Source: Candidatus Doudnabacteria bacterium
GTDB taxonomy: Bacteria; Patescibacteriota; Doudnabacteria; UBA920; VMFF01
Length of the DNA: 64,000 bases
Direction: 5' to 3'
Assembly: GCA_963840645.1 (NCBI GenBank)
Contig: CAWIZL010000004.1
Location: 203,470 to 267,469 of the forward strand
Shown here: one piece after another, positions 10,742-20,959 of the stretch
Layout: every line of letters starts with the position of its first letter
Numbering within the stretch: the first letter of the stretch is position 1
Notes under the pieces: model-generated
What the model was told of the DNA's origin: nothing
Databases searched by the model: none
Seen by the model: only the letters and a program-made list of their open reading frames with translations
Program-made: the position numbers and the translations under genes

Positions 10742-12503
10742 AAAAGAACACTCGCACAAGATCTTACAGCAGTTCCGAAGGATCCAGAAATTACCGTAAA
10801 AGGTTGGGTGAACAGCCGTCGCGATCACGGTGGCCTCATATTTATAGACCTACGCGACCACACAGGCTTAGTCCAGGTTACAGCAAACTCGCAGGCAAGC
10901 GAAAGCGCTTTTAAAATTGCAGAAACCCTCCACGATGAGTACGTTGTAGAAGTTACCGGCACTGTTGTTGAACGCTCACCAGAAATGGTGAACCCAAACA
11001 TTCCAACAGGCTCTGTAGAAATTCGCGCAGCGAACATTTCAATACTCGGCGCGAGCAAGACTCTCCCATTCCCAATTGGCGATGATGAGAACGTGAACGA
11101 AGAACTCCGCCTGAAGTATCGCTACTTAGACCTGCGCCGTCCAAAACTGCACGGCTACCTGGTCATCCGCTCAAAAATGATGCGCTACATCCGGGACTTC
11201 ATGGATGACAAGGATTTTGTAGAAGTCACGACACCGATACTCGCAAACTCATCGCCAGAGGGAGCACGCGACTTCTTGGTGCCATCGCGCCTGCACCCAG
11301 GAAAATTCTACGCACTGCCTCAGGCGCCACAGCAGTTCAAGCAGCTGCTCATGGTTGGAGGCATTGCAAAGTACTACCAAATTGCGCCGTGCTTTCGCGA
11401 TGAAGACCCCCGCGCAGACCGCTCGCCTGGCGAGTTCTACCAGCTCGACATGGAAATGGCTTTTGCCACGCAGGAAGACGTGTGGGAAGTCACGGAAGAG
11501 CTGTGGAAGAACGTGACTGAAAAGTTTTCTACAAAGAAAGTTCTGCAGTACCCGTTTCCAAAAATTACGTACGCAGATGCAATGGACACGCTTTGGCAGC
11601 GACAAGCCAGACCTCCGCTTTGGCATGGAGCTGAAAGATGTCAGCGAGCTCGTGGCAGGCTGTGGCTTCAGCGTGTTTGCAAAAGCTACTGAAGACGGTG
11701 GCGCTGTGAAGGCAATTGTCGCACAGGCTGGCAACTTCACACGCTCTCAAATTGACGAGCTCACAGAGCTGGCAAAGAAAGAAGGCGCGAAAGGCTTGGC
11801 GTACATAGTTGTTGAAACTGATGGGTTGAAGTCTCCAATCACAAAGTTCTTGGGTGATGACCTCGCAGCGCAGATCGTGAAGAAAGTCGGCGCAGAACCA
11901 GGCGACATAATTTTCTTTGGCGCTGACGAAAAACTCGCTGTCAACAAAGTACTCGGCAAAGTTCGCAGCGTGCTCGGCGACATTCTCGGGCTGAAAGATC
12001 CAAACGTCATGGCGTGGGCGTGGATCTACGATTTCCCAATGTACTCGTGGAGCGACATTGAGAACAGAATTGATTTTGAGCACAACCCATTCTCACTTCC
12101 AGTTGGCGGTTTAGAGGCACTCAACACACAAGACCCGCTCACCATAAATGGACAGCAGTACGACCTTGTGGCAAACGGCTACGAGATGTCATCAGGTGCT
12201 GTGCGCAACCGTGACCCAGAAACAATGTACCGCGCATTTGAAATTGCAGGGTACACGCGCGAGCGGGTTGACGCAAAGTTTGGCCACATGATTGAGGCAT
12301 TTTCTTACGGCGCGCCGCCACACGCTGGCAATGCACCAGGCTTGGACAGAATTTTCATGGTGCTCAACGATGAGCCAAACATTCGCGAGGTCATTGCGTT
12401 CCCAAAGAACGGCAAGGCAGAAGACCTCATGCTCGGCGCACCGTCAGAGGTGACTGAGGCGCAGCTGAAAGACGTGCACATTAAGTTGAACTTGAAAGGT
12501 TAA
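10739..12503 (+). CDS. aspS: aspartyl-tRNA synthetase, apparent frameshift near 11585
   Basis: OB-fold N-terminus, class II motif 2 CFRDEDPRADRSPGEFYQLD, GSDKPDLRFGMEL in the second frame, and motif 3 GLDRI. ORFs 10478..11692 and 11577..12503 overlap. Confidence 0.9.
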
Positions 12504-12526
12504 GGCTCGACGCACGACGCAAAAAT

Positions 12527-13228
12527 TTGGAAATAAAAATACAACAATTCACGGGGCCGCTCGACCTGCTGCTCCAGTTAATAGAGGAGCAGAACCTGGA
12601 CATCACGCAGATTGCCATTGCTTCGGTCACTGAGCAGTTCTTGGCACACGTGCGCAAGCTCGAGCACGTTGACCCAACGACTCTGGCAGACTACCTGTCA
12701 ATGGCTGCAAAGCTCTTGGTGATAAAGTCAAAGTCAATTCTGCCAACGCTCGAGCTCGATGCAGAAGAGGCTGAGGTTGCAGTTGATTTAGAGAGCCGGC
12801 TTCTGGTGTACAGGAAGTTCAAGGAAGCTGCAAAGTACCTCAAGTCGCTCGATGCAGCGCAACTGCAGAGCTTTGAGCGCGAGGTGAGCTTTGACGAGAA
12901 GGTGACGTTCTACCCAGACCCAGAGGTGAGCGTGGGCAAGCTGCACAGCTGCATCTTGGTGGTGCTGAAATCTCTCGATGAGATTACAAATTTACCGAAG
13001 CGCACCATCAAGGAGGCAATTTCGATTCAGGAGAAAATTGCCCACCTGCAGACACTGATTGGGTCGCAGATTGAGACGAAACTATCTTCACTGTTAACGA
13101 GCGCAAAAGACAAGACCGAGGTAATCGTAACGTTCCTTGCACTACTGGAACTCATAAAGCAGCGTATTTTGGTTGTTGATCAAGATGGTCTATTTGCAGA
13201 TGTTAACATTAAAAAATATGCTGGGTGA
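12527..13228 (+). CDS. scpA: segregation and condensation protein A
   Basis: N-terminus FTGPLDLLLQLIEEQNLDITQIAIASVTEQF is typical of ScpA. TTG start. Located directly upstream of scpB. Confidence 0.8.
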   Translation: MEIKIQQFTGPLDLLLQLIEEQNLDITQIAIASVTEQFLAHVRKLEHVDPTTLADYLSMAAKLLVIKSKSILPTLELDAEEAEVAVDLESRLLVYRKFKEAAKYLKSLDAAQLQSFEREVSFDEKVTFYPDPEVSVGKLHSCILVVLKSLDEITNLPKRTIKEAISIQEKIAHLQTLIGSQIETKLSSLLTSAKDKTEVIVTFLALLELIKQRILVVDQDGLFADVNIKKYAG

Positions 13229-13234
13229 TCCAGT

Positions 13235-13311
13235 AGAAGTTTTTTCGCGCGGCTCGTTTCTTGGCTTCTGCACAGCAAAAGAAACGAGACTCGAAGCGCG
13301 AAAAAACTTCT
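13235..13311. repeat. 77-nt palindromic element between scpA and scpB, homologous (in reverse orientation) to 17263..17340
   Basis: Outer 16-bp perfect stem AGAAGTTTTTTCGCGC / GCGCGAAAAAACTTCT and inner stem CTCGTTTCTT / AAGAAACGAG. Shares the blocks CTTCGAGTnTCGTTTCTTT and AAGCCAAGAAACGAGC with the second copy. Confidence 0.7.
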
Positions 13312-13344
13312 CCCCGCCCAGCCAAATAAATTAAAACTTTGCAC

Positions 13345-13902
13345 ATGGAAACCACCTCAAAATTACAGTCGCAGGTAGAGAGCATCTTGTTCGTTGCGAG
13401 CAAGCCACTGAGCGCAATTGCAATTGCAAAGGTGCTCGGTGTTGGCGAAGCTGCCGTGAGCGCGGCACTTGCCGAACTTGCACAAAATAAAAAAGACTCT
13501 GGCACTGTGCTGCTCGAATCAAACGGCACGTGGCAGGTTGCGACAAACCCAGAGAACGCTGCGAACGTGAAGGCGTTCCTCAACACAGAATTGCGGGAGA
13601 AGCTCACAGACGTGACCGTGGAGACGCTCGCCATCATTGCCTACCGCCAGCCAATCTCAAAAGTAGAAATCGAGGCAATCCGTGGCGTGAACTGCCAGTA
13701 CAGCCTTCGCACGCTCCTCATCCGCGGCCTCATTTCGAGGACAGCAGACCAGAGCGATGGACGGCAAGTGCTCTACCAGACAACGCACGAGTTCATGAAG
13801 CACATGGGCCTGCGCAGCGTGAAAGATCTGCCAGACTTTGATACGCTCGTTGCCAAAGTAACGCTCAGCGCACCTGCTGAGCCAGCAGAGCAGCCCCAAT
13901 AG
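13345..13902 (+). CDS. scpB: segregation and condensation protein B
   Basis: SQVESILFVASKPLS ... ETLAIIAYRQPISKVEIEAIRGV is typical of ScpB winged-helix repeats. Confidence 0.85.
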   Translation: METTSKLQSQVESILFVASKPLSAIAIAKVLGVGEAAVSAALAELAQNKKDSGTVLLESNGTWQVATNPENAANVKAFLNTELREKLTDVTVETLAIIAYRQPISKVEIEAIRGVNCQYSLRTLLIRGLISRTADQSDGRQVLYQTTHEFMKHMGLRSVKDLPDFDTLVAKVTLSAPAEPAEQPQ

Positions 13903-14670
13903 CTCCTGCGAGATCGCCGAGTTCGCCCCCGACGATGCGCACATCCCTCGATGCTGGCGACAGCACGTGGGCGCGCATTATTTTTTCTGCCTGTGGAATG
14001 AAGCGCTCGGCGCGGTCATCCACGAAGCCACCTGAGAGCACGATGAGCTCTGGGTCGAGCACGTTCACGAGCGAGGCAAGGGCCTGCCCGAGGTACTTTG
14101 CGACACGGCTGAACTCAGCCTTGCTGCCGTGCACAACAGTTTTTCCAGATGCGAGTGTCTCGAAAAATTTTCCGCTATCGAGAATGGTGTGCCCCAGCTG
14201 GCCTGCGCTCCCCTGTCCTTTATAGATTTTTCCACCCACGATAATGGCACCGCCAATGCCAGTGCCGATTGTGATGAGCAGCGCATTCTTGGCGCCACGC
14301 GCTGCGCCAATGCACAGCTCACCGTTTGCCATTGCCACAGCATCGTTGACGAGGACTGCCGTGGGGCTCACGAGTTTCAAAAATTTCAAGACGTCAATAC
14401 CTACCAAAAATTTTAGGTTCGGGGCTGCCAGCACCTTGCCTGTTTTTTCGTCAATGGCAGCTGCCAGTCCCATGCCAACGCCACGAACCCTTGTTTTTCC
14501 AGAAGGAACAACCTCGCTAATGTGGTTTCGCAGGGCAAGAAAAACGCCCTGCTATTCTTTGGGGTTGCGTACTCAGCGCCGCTCAGCACGCCGCGCCTGC
14601 TGCTGTAGGAAATTACCCGCGTGGTGGTGCCGCCAACGTCAATGCCAATGGTGATGGATTCTTTTTTCAT
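13865..14670 (-). CDS. ROK-family sugar kinase (glucokinase-like), apparent frameshift in an A5/T5 run at ~14540
   Basis: N-terminal GIDVGGTTTR (14413..14670) and LITIGTGIGGAIIVGG ... GHT in 13865..14473. The second frame stays open upstream as VFLALRNHISEVVPSGKTRVRGVGMG. Confidence 0.75.
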
Positions 14671-15890
14671 ACGTCAATAGAGTTACTTTTACAAATCTGC
14701 GCGTAGTACCGAGCACTCGGCCGCACGCGCCGCTCTAAGCCCTGCTCACGGTCAACCTCAACGAGCCCAAACTTCATCTGGTACCCTTCAACCCACTCGA
14801 AGTTATCGAGCAGCGACCAGTACATGTACCCGCGCACGTCAACGCCTTCGGAAAGCGCACGGTGCACGTTCACCAAGTGGTCGTGGATGTAGCTTGCCCG
14901 CAGCTTGTCGCCGGCGTCCGCAATGCCGTTCTCGAGGACGTAGACCGGCAGTTTCGGGTAGCGCTCCTTGCAGAGCACGAGAGCATCGTAGATTCCTTCT
15001 GGGTAAATTTCCCACCCAAAGTCTGTGAATGGCCCGCGTTCATAAGCAGCGTACACGAAAGGCCTGCGCCACGTTGCGCGAATTGCGTTGCTGAAGTAGT
15101 AGTGCACGCCGATAAAGTCTGACCTGTCTGCAACTTGGTCAATGAACCTGTAGTTGACGCTCAGCAAGCGCGGCGCAAACGGCTTGAGGAACCAGCTGAA
15201 CCTGTTTGATGTGAACGGGTAGGCAGAGCCAACCTGAACGTTTGGACGGATTTTCTTGATTGCCGTGTACGACGCACGGTGCGCCGCAATCAGGTTGTCT
15301 ACCACGTGCAGCGCCAAGCGTACGTTCTTCTTCTGCGGAGGGTAGTCGCCTTGAATGTAAGCGTACGTTGCGTACGCGTTCGGCTCGTTGATGGGCGTGA
15401 TGAAGTCAATGAGGTCGCCCAATTTTTCAGCAACCTCTGCGCTGTACGATTCAAAGTGTGCCACGTTCTGAGCTTTCTCAAAGCCACCCAGTGCCGCAAA
15501 CCAAATCGGCAGCGTGAAGTGGTGGAGCGTGACGAACGTTGCCATGCCACGTTCTCTGAGCGCGCCTAGCACGTGCCTGTAGTGCTCAATTTCTTTCAAA
15601 TCGAACTCGCCCTTCTTTGGCTCGATCCGCGACCACTCCACAGAGATGCGCTGGGAGTTCATGTTGAGCTCTGCCGCAATGTCAAAGTCTTCTTCGTAGC
15701 GGTGGTACGAATCGCACGCGTTGCCCGAGAAGTAGGCTGCTGGATTTTTGCCGTGCGCTGTTAAATCGGTGGCGCGGCCAGCAGAGTGTTCCCACTGCCA
15801 CCAGTCTGTGTTGGTATTGCCACCCTCTGTTTGGTACGCAGAGCCAGCGCTGCCCCACAGGAAGCCTTTTGGGAAAAATAGCTTTGGCAT
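14667..15890 (-). CDS. GH1 family beta-glucosidase
   Basis: FPKGFLWGSAGSAYQTEG, TLHHFTLP, INEPN (acid/base Glu) and YVLENGIA (nucleophile Glu). The ATG at 15890 follows AGGAG. Confidence 0.85.
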   Translation of the reverse strand: MPKLFFPKGFLWGSAGSAYQTEGGNTNTDWWQWEHSAGRATDLTAHGKNPAAYFSGNACDSYHRYEEDFDIAAELNMNSQRISVEWSRIEPKKGEFDLKEIEHYRHVLGALRERGMATFVTLHHFTLPIWFAALGGFEKAQNVAHFESYSAEVAEKLGDLIDFITPINEPNAYATYAYIQGDYPPQKKNVRLALHVVDNLIAAHRASYTAIKKIRPNVQVGSAYPFTSNRFSWFLKPFAPRLLSVNYRFIDQVADRSDFIGVHYYFSNAIRATWRRPFVYAAYERGPFTDFGWEIYPEGIYDALVLCKERYPKLPVYVLENGIADAGDKLRASYIHDHLVNVHRALSEGVDVRGYMYWSLLDNFEWVEGYQMKFGLVEVDREQGLERRVRPSARYYAQICKSNSIDV

Positions 15891-15897
15891 GGATAGC

Positions 15898-16914
15898 CTA
15901 GCTCCTGTAACCTGTCCTGTACTCGCCAACTAGAGCCACGAAAATTGCCATGACAATTGGACCAAAGAAAAATCCTGGAATACCAAACAGCGCAATGCCG
16001 CCCAGCACGCCGAGCAGCACGAGGAGCGGGTGGAGCTTTGCCTCAGAGCCAATGAGCTTTGGTGGAAGCAGGTAGCTCATTGGCACGTTGATGACCAGGA
16101 ACCACACTGTCAGGATGATGGCAGCAAAGCCAGACTTAAATATGAGCAAGAAAAAGATAGCCGGGACAATGACGATCGCAATGCCAATGGCAGGAATGAA
16201 CGAGGCGACGAATGCGACAACGCCCCACACCAGCGGCTGCGGCACACCTGAGATGTAAAAACCAATAATTGCTGCCACGCCCTCAGCGAGTGCGAACAAG
16301 AAGCTACCCCGCACAATTCCGTTTATGGAGCCAACGAGCCTGTCGACAACGAGGTTTCGCTGCGATGCAGAGAGCGGGAACATGCTGATGGAAAACTCTT
16401 TAATCTTCTTGCTGTCTTTCAAGAAGTAGTACGTGCTGAACAGGAACACGAAAAAGCCGAGGAATATTCCCGCTATGTTCTGCAGCGTGTTGGCAACGTT
16501 CAGGACTGCGTTCTGCGCCCACGTGTTGAGGCGCGCAGCACCTTCACCAATGATGTTCACCACGCGTGCCTGCCACGCCGGAGACAGGTTATCCAAGGCA
16601 AGGTCGCCAGAAATGCGGAGGTTGCCATTCTTGTAGTTTGCGTAGAACGCAAAAACTTCTCTCACGATAGCCTGCCCGAGGAAGTACAGCGGTATGCCAA
16701 TGACAACGAGCATGAGCAGAATCGTCACGAGGGCTGCGGGCGACCCGTGCTTGAACTTACGGTGGAGGTACGTGTACACTGGCATGAACAGGAACGCCAA
16801 AATTCCAGCGAGCGCCAGTAGCTCGAAGTACGGCCGCACAATTGCCAGTGCCAGGACAAAGAAAATTAAGAGAAGGGCGAAGAAACCAGCTGTTTGTACT
16901 GTCTTATTGTCCAT
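15898..16914 (-). CDS. AI-2E family transporter (PerM/UPF0118-like permease)
   Basis: 338-aa multi-TM protein with the family's typical N-terminal TM pair and C-terminal GxxGxxxxPI-like region. Confidence 0.65.
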   Translation of the reverse strand: MDNKTVQTAGFFALLLIFFVLALAIVRPYFELLALAGILAFLFMPVYTYLHRKFKHGSPAALVTILLMLVVIGIPLYFLGQAIVREVFAFYANYKNGNLRISGDLALDNLSPAWQARVVNIIGEGAARLNTWAQNAVLNVANTLQNIAGIFLGFFVFLFSTYYFLKDSKKIKEFSISMFPLSASQRNLVVDRLVGSINGIVRGSFLFALAEGVAAIIGFYISGVPQPLVWGVVAFVASFIPAIGIAIVIVPAIFFLLIFKSGFAAIILTVWFLVINVPMSYLLPPKLIGSEAKLHPLLVLLGVLGGIALFGIPGFFFGPIVMAIFVALVGEYRTGYRS

Positions 16915-17046
16915 TGTAGCTTAATCTTACACTAGTTTTGCTTAGATTAAAAAATGGTTATCCACTGTACTGCGGTGGTATAGTGTTGGCGTAAGGAGCA
17001 AAAAGGTCGAAACAAAAGGTAAGCACAGTAACATTAAATTAAAATT

Positions 17047-17253
17047 ATGAAAACATTGAATGCATGGGATTGGATTGCGCTCGTCCTGACAATCATCGGC
17101 GGCTTGAACTGGGGCCTGGTCGGTTTCTTCAAGTACAACCTTGTTGACTCAATTTTCGGCACCATGTCAGACGTTTCGAGGATAATTTACGCTCTCGTGG
17201 GTTTGGCTGCAATCTACTTAATATTTGTTGTCGGAAGTTTTACAAAGAAGTAG
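17047..17253 (+). CDS. DUF378 small membrane protein
   Basis: 68 aa. WDWIALVLTIIGGLNWGLVGFF is the DUF378 signature. Confidence 0.75.
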   Translation: MKTLNAWDWIALVLTIIGGLNWGLVGFFKYNLVDSIFGTMSDVSRIIYALVGLAAIYLIFVVGSFTKK

Positions 17254-17262
17254 GCAGACAAA

Positions 17263-17340
17263 AAGAACATTCCAGGAGCTTCGAGTTTCGTTTCTTTCGC
17301 GGAGCGAAAGCCAAGAAACGAGCGCGATGGGAATGTTCTT
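17263..17340. repeat. 78-nt palindromic element, second copy of the 13235..13311 family; likely a bidirectional terminator between convergent genes
   Basis: Outer stem AAGAACATTCC / GGGAATGTTCTT and inner CTTTCGC-GGA-GCGAAAG. Shares CTTCGAGTTTCGTTTCTTT and AAGCCAAGAAACGAGC with the reverse complement of the first copy. Confidence 0.7.
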
Positions 17341-17371
17341 TTTTGTTTGCCCCGTATTTACTCGTAAAGCT

Positions 17372-18025
17372 TCATGGCAAATAATTCAGGGGGTTCAGCC
17401 ACCCGCTCAGGTCAGACTGGACTGGAACGTAGCCCAAAATGTTTATTGAGGTTCCAATGTGAATCCCGAAGTGGAGGTGCTTGCGCTCGCCATCTGTTTC
17501 AGTGCTGTAGCCAGTGCCGAGCACTGCAAACTGTTCGCCGGCCGTGAGCTGTGTACCTGTTGCAGGAGTTATGCTGCTCAACCTCAGGTGTCCATAGATT
17601 ATAGTCACAGCTTGGCTGTTGATAGTGCAGGCCTGTGCAGCAACTCCGCCGTAGCCACTCGCCCACTCTTTCAATAAAAGTTTGCCTGTGCACGCAGCGT
17701 AAATGGGGACGTCGGTGTTCTGCTCATCTGGGTACGTCTCAAAGTCTACGCCTGTATGGTAGCCCGTGAACCGCTCTGGCACTATCGGCGAGTCTGTGGG
17801 TGTGACGTACGTGCCAAAAAATATTTTTGTAACACGAGCCCTCCCGCCACTGATTGGATTGACCAGGACAGCTTGCGGATTTGGTGTGGGTGTTGGGGTA
17901 GGAGTAGCGGTTGGCGCAGCTACTGTTTTGGTTGGGCCTGGCCGCACAAAACTAACCAAGGCTGATGGGTTACACCCAACTGCAATTAAGCAAATTACTG
18001 CAACTAATGCTGCGAATCTTTTCAT
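17372..18025 (-). CDS. M23 family metallopeptidase lipoprotein
   Basis: Lipobox LIAVGC after MKRFAALVAVI. M23 motifs HTGVDFE and HLHFGIH. Confidence 0.85.
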   Translation of the reverse strand: MKRFAALVAVICLIAVGCNPSALVSFVRPGPTKTVAAPTATPTPTPTPNPQAVLVNPISGGRARVTKIFFGTYVTPTDSPIVPERFTGYHTGVDFETYPDEQNTDVPIYAACTGKLLLKEWASGYGGVAAQACTINSQAVTIIYGHLRLSSITPATGTQLTAGEQFAVLGTGYSTETDGERKHLHFGIHIGTSINILGYVPVQSDLSGWLNPLNYLP

Positions 18026-18126
18026 GGAACCACTATACCACCGCGGGTTTCAAAGGACAATTCAAACTCGCCCACTTTGACTATTTAAAGTATACTGAAG
18101 TTGGTAAAATTTCGAGAGGAGGCAAC

Positions 18127-18462
18127 GTGGAAATCGGAACTCTGGTTGCGGTATTCAACGAAGCAGAACTGGCTCCGAGTACATTTATCGGACTTGCCCG
18201 GTACGTCGGGGATGCTGTCATCTACTTCATCGTGACACCTGACAAGGAATACTTTGCCTGCCCAAACAGGGAAGCACGTCCGACTGAGGCGGTAGCTGAA
18301 CAGTTCCACGGCAAAATAGAAGTCTGGGAGAAACAGGCAAAGCTCTTTCTGCAAACTGGCGGCGTACGCTACGGCTGCGAAGTCTGCTACGTGGAGTACG
18401 CAGAAGTGAAACGGCTAGTTGACCCAGTCCTTCGGGCGCGAGAAAAGGTTCTGCATAACTAG
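18127..18462 (+). CDS. hypothetical protein
   Basis: GTG at 18127 follows GAGGAGG. 111 aa. A strong terminator follows. The long ORF 17965..18462 overlaps the M23 gene start and is probably over-extended. Confidence 0.5.
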   Translation: MEIGTLVAVFNEAELAPSTFIGLARYVGDAVIYFIVTPDKEYFACPNREARPTEAVAEQFHGKIEVWEKQAKLFLQTGGVRYGCEVCYVEYAEVKRLVDPVLRAREKVLHN

Positions 18463-18467
18463 AGCAA

Positions 18468-18500
18468 GTGGCCAGACGTACGTCTGGCCACTTTCATATT
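18468..18500 (+). terminator. rho-independent terminator
   Basis: Stem GTGGCCAGAC-GTAC-GTCTGGCCAC followed by TTTCATATT. Confidence 0.7.
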
Positions 18501-18513
18501 AAATAAATTTGGT

Positions 18514-18593
18514 TGGTAGCCGAACAGGATATTTATTTGAAAGACTTGGTACGGGAAATATACACTATACGGGAAAAGGTGGCAATTCTGTGA
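18514..18593 (+). repeat. att-like repeat copy 1 (core TGGTAGC + conserved arm encoding VAEQDIYLKDLVREIYTIREKVAIL*); distal island border
   Basis: Core at 18514..18520 is identical to 30073..30079. The arm is near-identical to copies at 21521, 23241 and 23897. Similarity starts exactly at the core. Confidence 0.85.
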
Positions 18594-18603
18594 CCTATGG
18601 ACA

Positions 18604-18642
18604 GAAAAAAATCAGGTAGACGCAGCAACGCTGGCTACCTGA
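18604..18642 (-). terminator. rho-independent terminator of the minus-strand module A operon
   Basis: Stem TCAGGTAG / CTACCTGA, followed on the minus strand by a T-run (A-run 18604..18611 on plus). Confidence 0.6.
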
Positions 18643-18671
18643 CTGACACGAAGTCAAAAAACATTGAGCGA

Positions 18672-19196
18672 TCATTTGCGTAAGTTTGGTCTCTGCTGTG
18701 GCTTAGGATTCAGTATTTCCCTCAGGTAGCCTTCCAGCTTTTTAAGCTCCTCGTCCTGGGAACCTTCCAGACCACGCGCGATGCTGAGCGTTAGCCTGAT
18801 CTGGGGAATAACCTGCTTCTTGGCGTACTCGTCACCCGTACCAGCCACGGCGGCCAGCACCTCGTAGGCGTAGCCAGAAACACCCTCATCTGGATCTTTG
18901 GTAAGCTTCACCAAAGAATCAACGATGACGGTAGTATCCTTGTACGGGGCTAGCTTTATTGCCCAGAAACCGATCAGCCCTGGCGAGTCAAACTTACGGC
19001 GATCTTGCAACGCTTCGGCTAAGATCGGGATAGCCTCCTGCCGATGTGATCGCACGAACTGAACCTCCTTATCCGTGACGCACAGACTGTCTATGCACAC
19101 AGCACTGATCAAACTCGAAACCTGATCCTTCTGATCAGCCTGCATGCAGGCCACAGAAAAAATCATGGACGCGAAAAACCTTCTCGACCGTTTCAT
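18672..19196 (-). CDS. lipoprotein with HEAT-like repeats
   Basis: The ATG at 19196 gives MKRSRRFFASMIFSVAC (lipobox FSVAC). AIPILAEALQD and VDSLVKLTKDPDEGVSGYAYEVLAAV resemble HEAT/PBS-lyase repeats. Confidence 0.6.
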   Translation of the reverse strand: MKRSRRFFASMIFSVACMQADQKDQVSSLISAVCIDSLCVTDKEVQFVRSHRQEAIPILAEALQDRRKFDSPGLIGFWAIKLAPYKDTTVIVDSLVKLTKDPDEGVSGYAYEVLAAVAGTGDEYAKKQVIPQIRLTLSIARGLEGSQDEELKKLEGYLREILNPKPQQRPNLRK

Positions 19197-19281
19197 ACAC
19201 AACCTCGATAACGGAAATATACACCGTTCGGTCAAAAGTGGCAACCTTGTTGGCGTAGGTTTCAGTCAAAACCAATGGGCA

Positions 19282-19584
19282 CTATTTCCACACGCTGCAA
19301 GCTATTCGTGCACACCGTCCGTAAGCCCCCCTCAAAGCAAAAAACAAGAATCCAATGAAGAGAGGGATTGACACCAATTTTTTAAAATCAGGGAACGTTA
19401 CCAAAAAACTAACTCCGATAGTTGAAAAGATGGTGGCAAAAATAACAGACACACTTGATTGCGATGTCCAATATTGCACTACGGGTGCTAAACTAGCACC
19501 AGGTGGTGCATCGTTTATGCCGTTCTCACCGACTATAAAAAGTGCAGCCTTGTCTAAACCCTTATACTTTTCTATCTGAGACAT
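19282..19584 (-). CDS. small two-TM membrane protein
   Basis: 100 aa with two hydrophobic helices. Its start overlaps the stop of the upstream HEPN-like gene by 23 nt. Confidence 0.5.
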   Translation of the reverse strand: MSQIEKYKGLDKAALFIVGENGINDAPPGASLAPVVQYWTSQSSVSVIFATIFSTIGVSFLVTFPDFKKLVSIPLFIGFLFFALRGAYGRCARIACSVWK

Positions 19585-19865
19585 TGGAGTGGTCTGGTTT
19601 ATTAACTGCTCTTAAGTAATCCATAAGTATTTTCTCTTTGGTAGCTCGGAGCAAAAGGTCTTTGCCTTCGTAAGCCAAAGCGTGAATCCTACCATGGCTA
19701 ATATCGTCTCTGATTTTCTTGAGCTTCCAAAGAATACCTGTCACATTGTTCTTTCCAGACATACCCTCGTATAGACGTATCTTATCGGTAAAGTATTCAA
19801 GATTATCAACTTGGCAGGTACCCATTTCTTCGGACGCCTTGTGCCTCTAGTGTAGCGTGTGTTGG

Positions 19866-20685
19866 TTAGTTTGTGAATACTGTTTGCCGCTGGGCGTAGA
19901 CGCTCGGCGGCATTTTCAGTGCGCTGTGGATGCGCTCGTTGTTGTAGTACAGGATCTGCAGGTGGAGGGCGACGGCCAGCTCGGCGAGGCTGCCAAACCG
20001 GTCTGGGTCGCCCAGGTCAACCTTGAACTGCGAGTAGAACGACTCCTGGTAGCCGTTCTCCCACGGGCTCGCCTTGCGGCTCATGGATACCTGGATGCCG
20101 CACTGCCCAGCAAACCTGGTGTAGGCCTTTGCCCGGTACTCGTTGCCCTGGTCTGAGTGGGTCAGTGCCGGTGCGTCGCGCTTGCCCAGGGCGTCGATGA
20201 GGGCCGTGACGGTCAGCTGCGCCGTGTGCGCGTTCAGCACGCTCCAGCCGACGACCTCGCGGCTCCACAGTGACCATGACGGTCGCCAGGTACACGAACC
20301 TGCCGTGGAACTTGAGGTACGTGAAGTCGGACACCCAGGCGATGCCGGCTCGTGCGGGGAACGGGATGGCGAGCAGCAGGTTCTGGTACGGCGCAGCGTC
20401 CCTGCCTGAATCACGAGCCTTTACCGGCCTCTTCGCCCTCCTGCGGAACGGCTTGATGCCGAAGAGCTTCATGACCCGCAGCGCGGACTTCCGGTTGACC
20501 CCCAGCTCCCGGGCGATCCGCTTGTGCCCGTAGCTCGGGTGGGCGTGGAGCACCCCCTCGATTCTGACCTTGAGCTGCCAGTCGCGCTCGGGCATCTTGG
20601 GGCGGTAGTACAGCATGGAGCGGGACAGCCCACCGCTCTCCGCGAGTGATTTCTTCGTCGGGTTGTGAAGGTGCACGGCGCTCAC
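19866..20685 (-). CDS. IS3 OrfB (DDE transposase), with an extra frameshift near 20280
   Basis: AWVSDFTYL (D), THSDQGNEY (D) and NERIHSAL (E region). Two overlapping ORFs, 20017..20685 and 19866..20414. Confidence 0.8.
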
Positions 20686-20689
20686 CAGC

Positions 20690-20959
20690 TCAGCGATCCA
20701 GCTCTTTTTTTTCCAGCTGCGACAGCCTGACCGTCAGCCTGCCGATGATCTCGTGGAGCGCCGAGTTCTCCCGCCTGAGCCTGGACAGCTCCAAGATCGA
20801 CGGCGGGGCGGTCACGTTCGAGGCGACCCACTTGTAGATCGTCTTCGGGCTGAGGCCGTACTGCTTCGCCAGGTCTGGCACGCTCTCGCCGCTCTCCTTC
20901 AGCTTACGCAGCACCTCAGACTTAATCTCTGGACTGGCGGCTGGTGTTCCCTTGGGCAT
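20690..20959 (-). CDS. IS3 OrfA (HTH transposase N-terminal protein)
   Basis: LAKQYGLSPKTIYKWV helix-turn-helix plus a leucine-zipper-like C-terminus. Ends at the A8 slippery run. Confidence 0.85.
   Translation of the reverse strand: MPKGTPAASPEIKSEVLRKLKESGESVPDLAKQYGLSPKTIYKWVASNVTAPPSILELSRLRRENSALHEIIGRLTVRLSQLEKKELDR
20704..20713 (-). promoter_or_regulatory. programmed -1 ribosomal frameshift site of IS3 (A-run)
   Basis: The minus strand reads CTGGAAAAAAAAGAG at the orfA end. The -1 frame continues KKSWIAELVSAVHLHNPTKK into OrfB. Confidence 0.6.
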
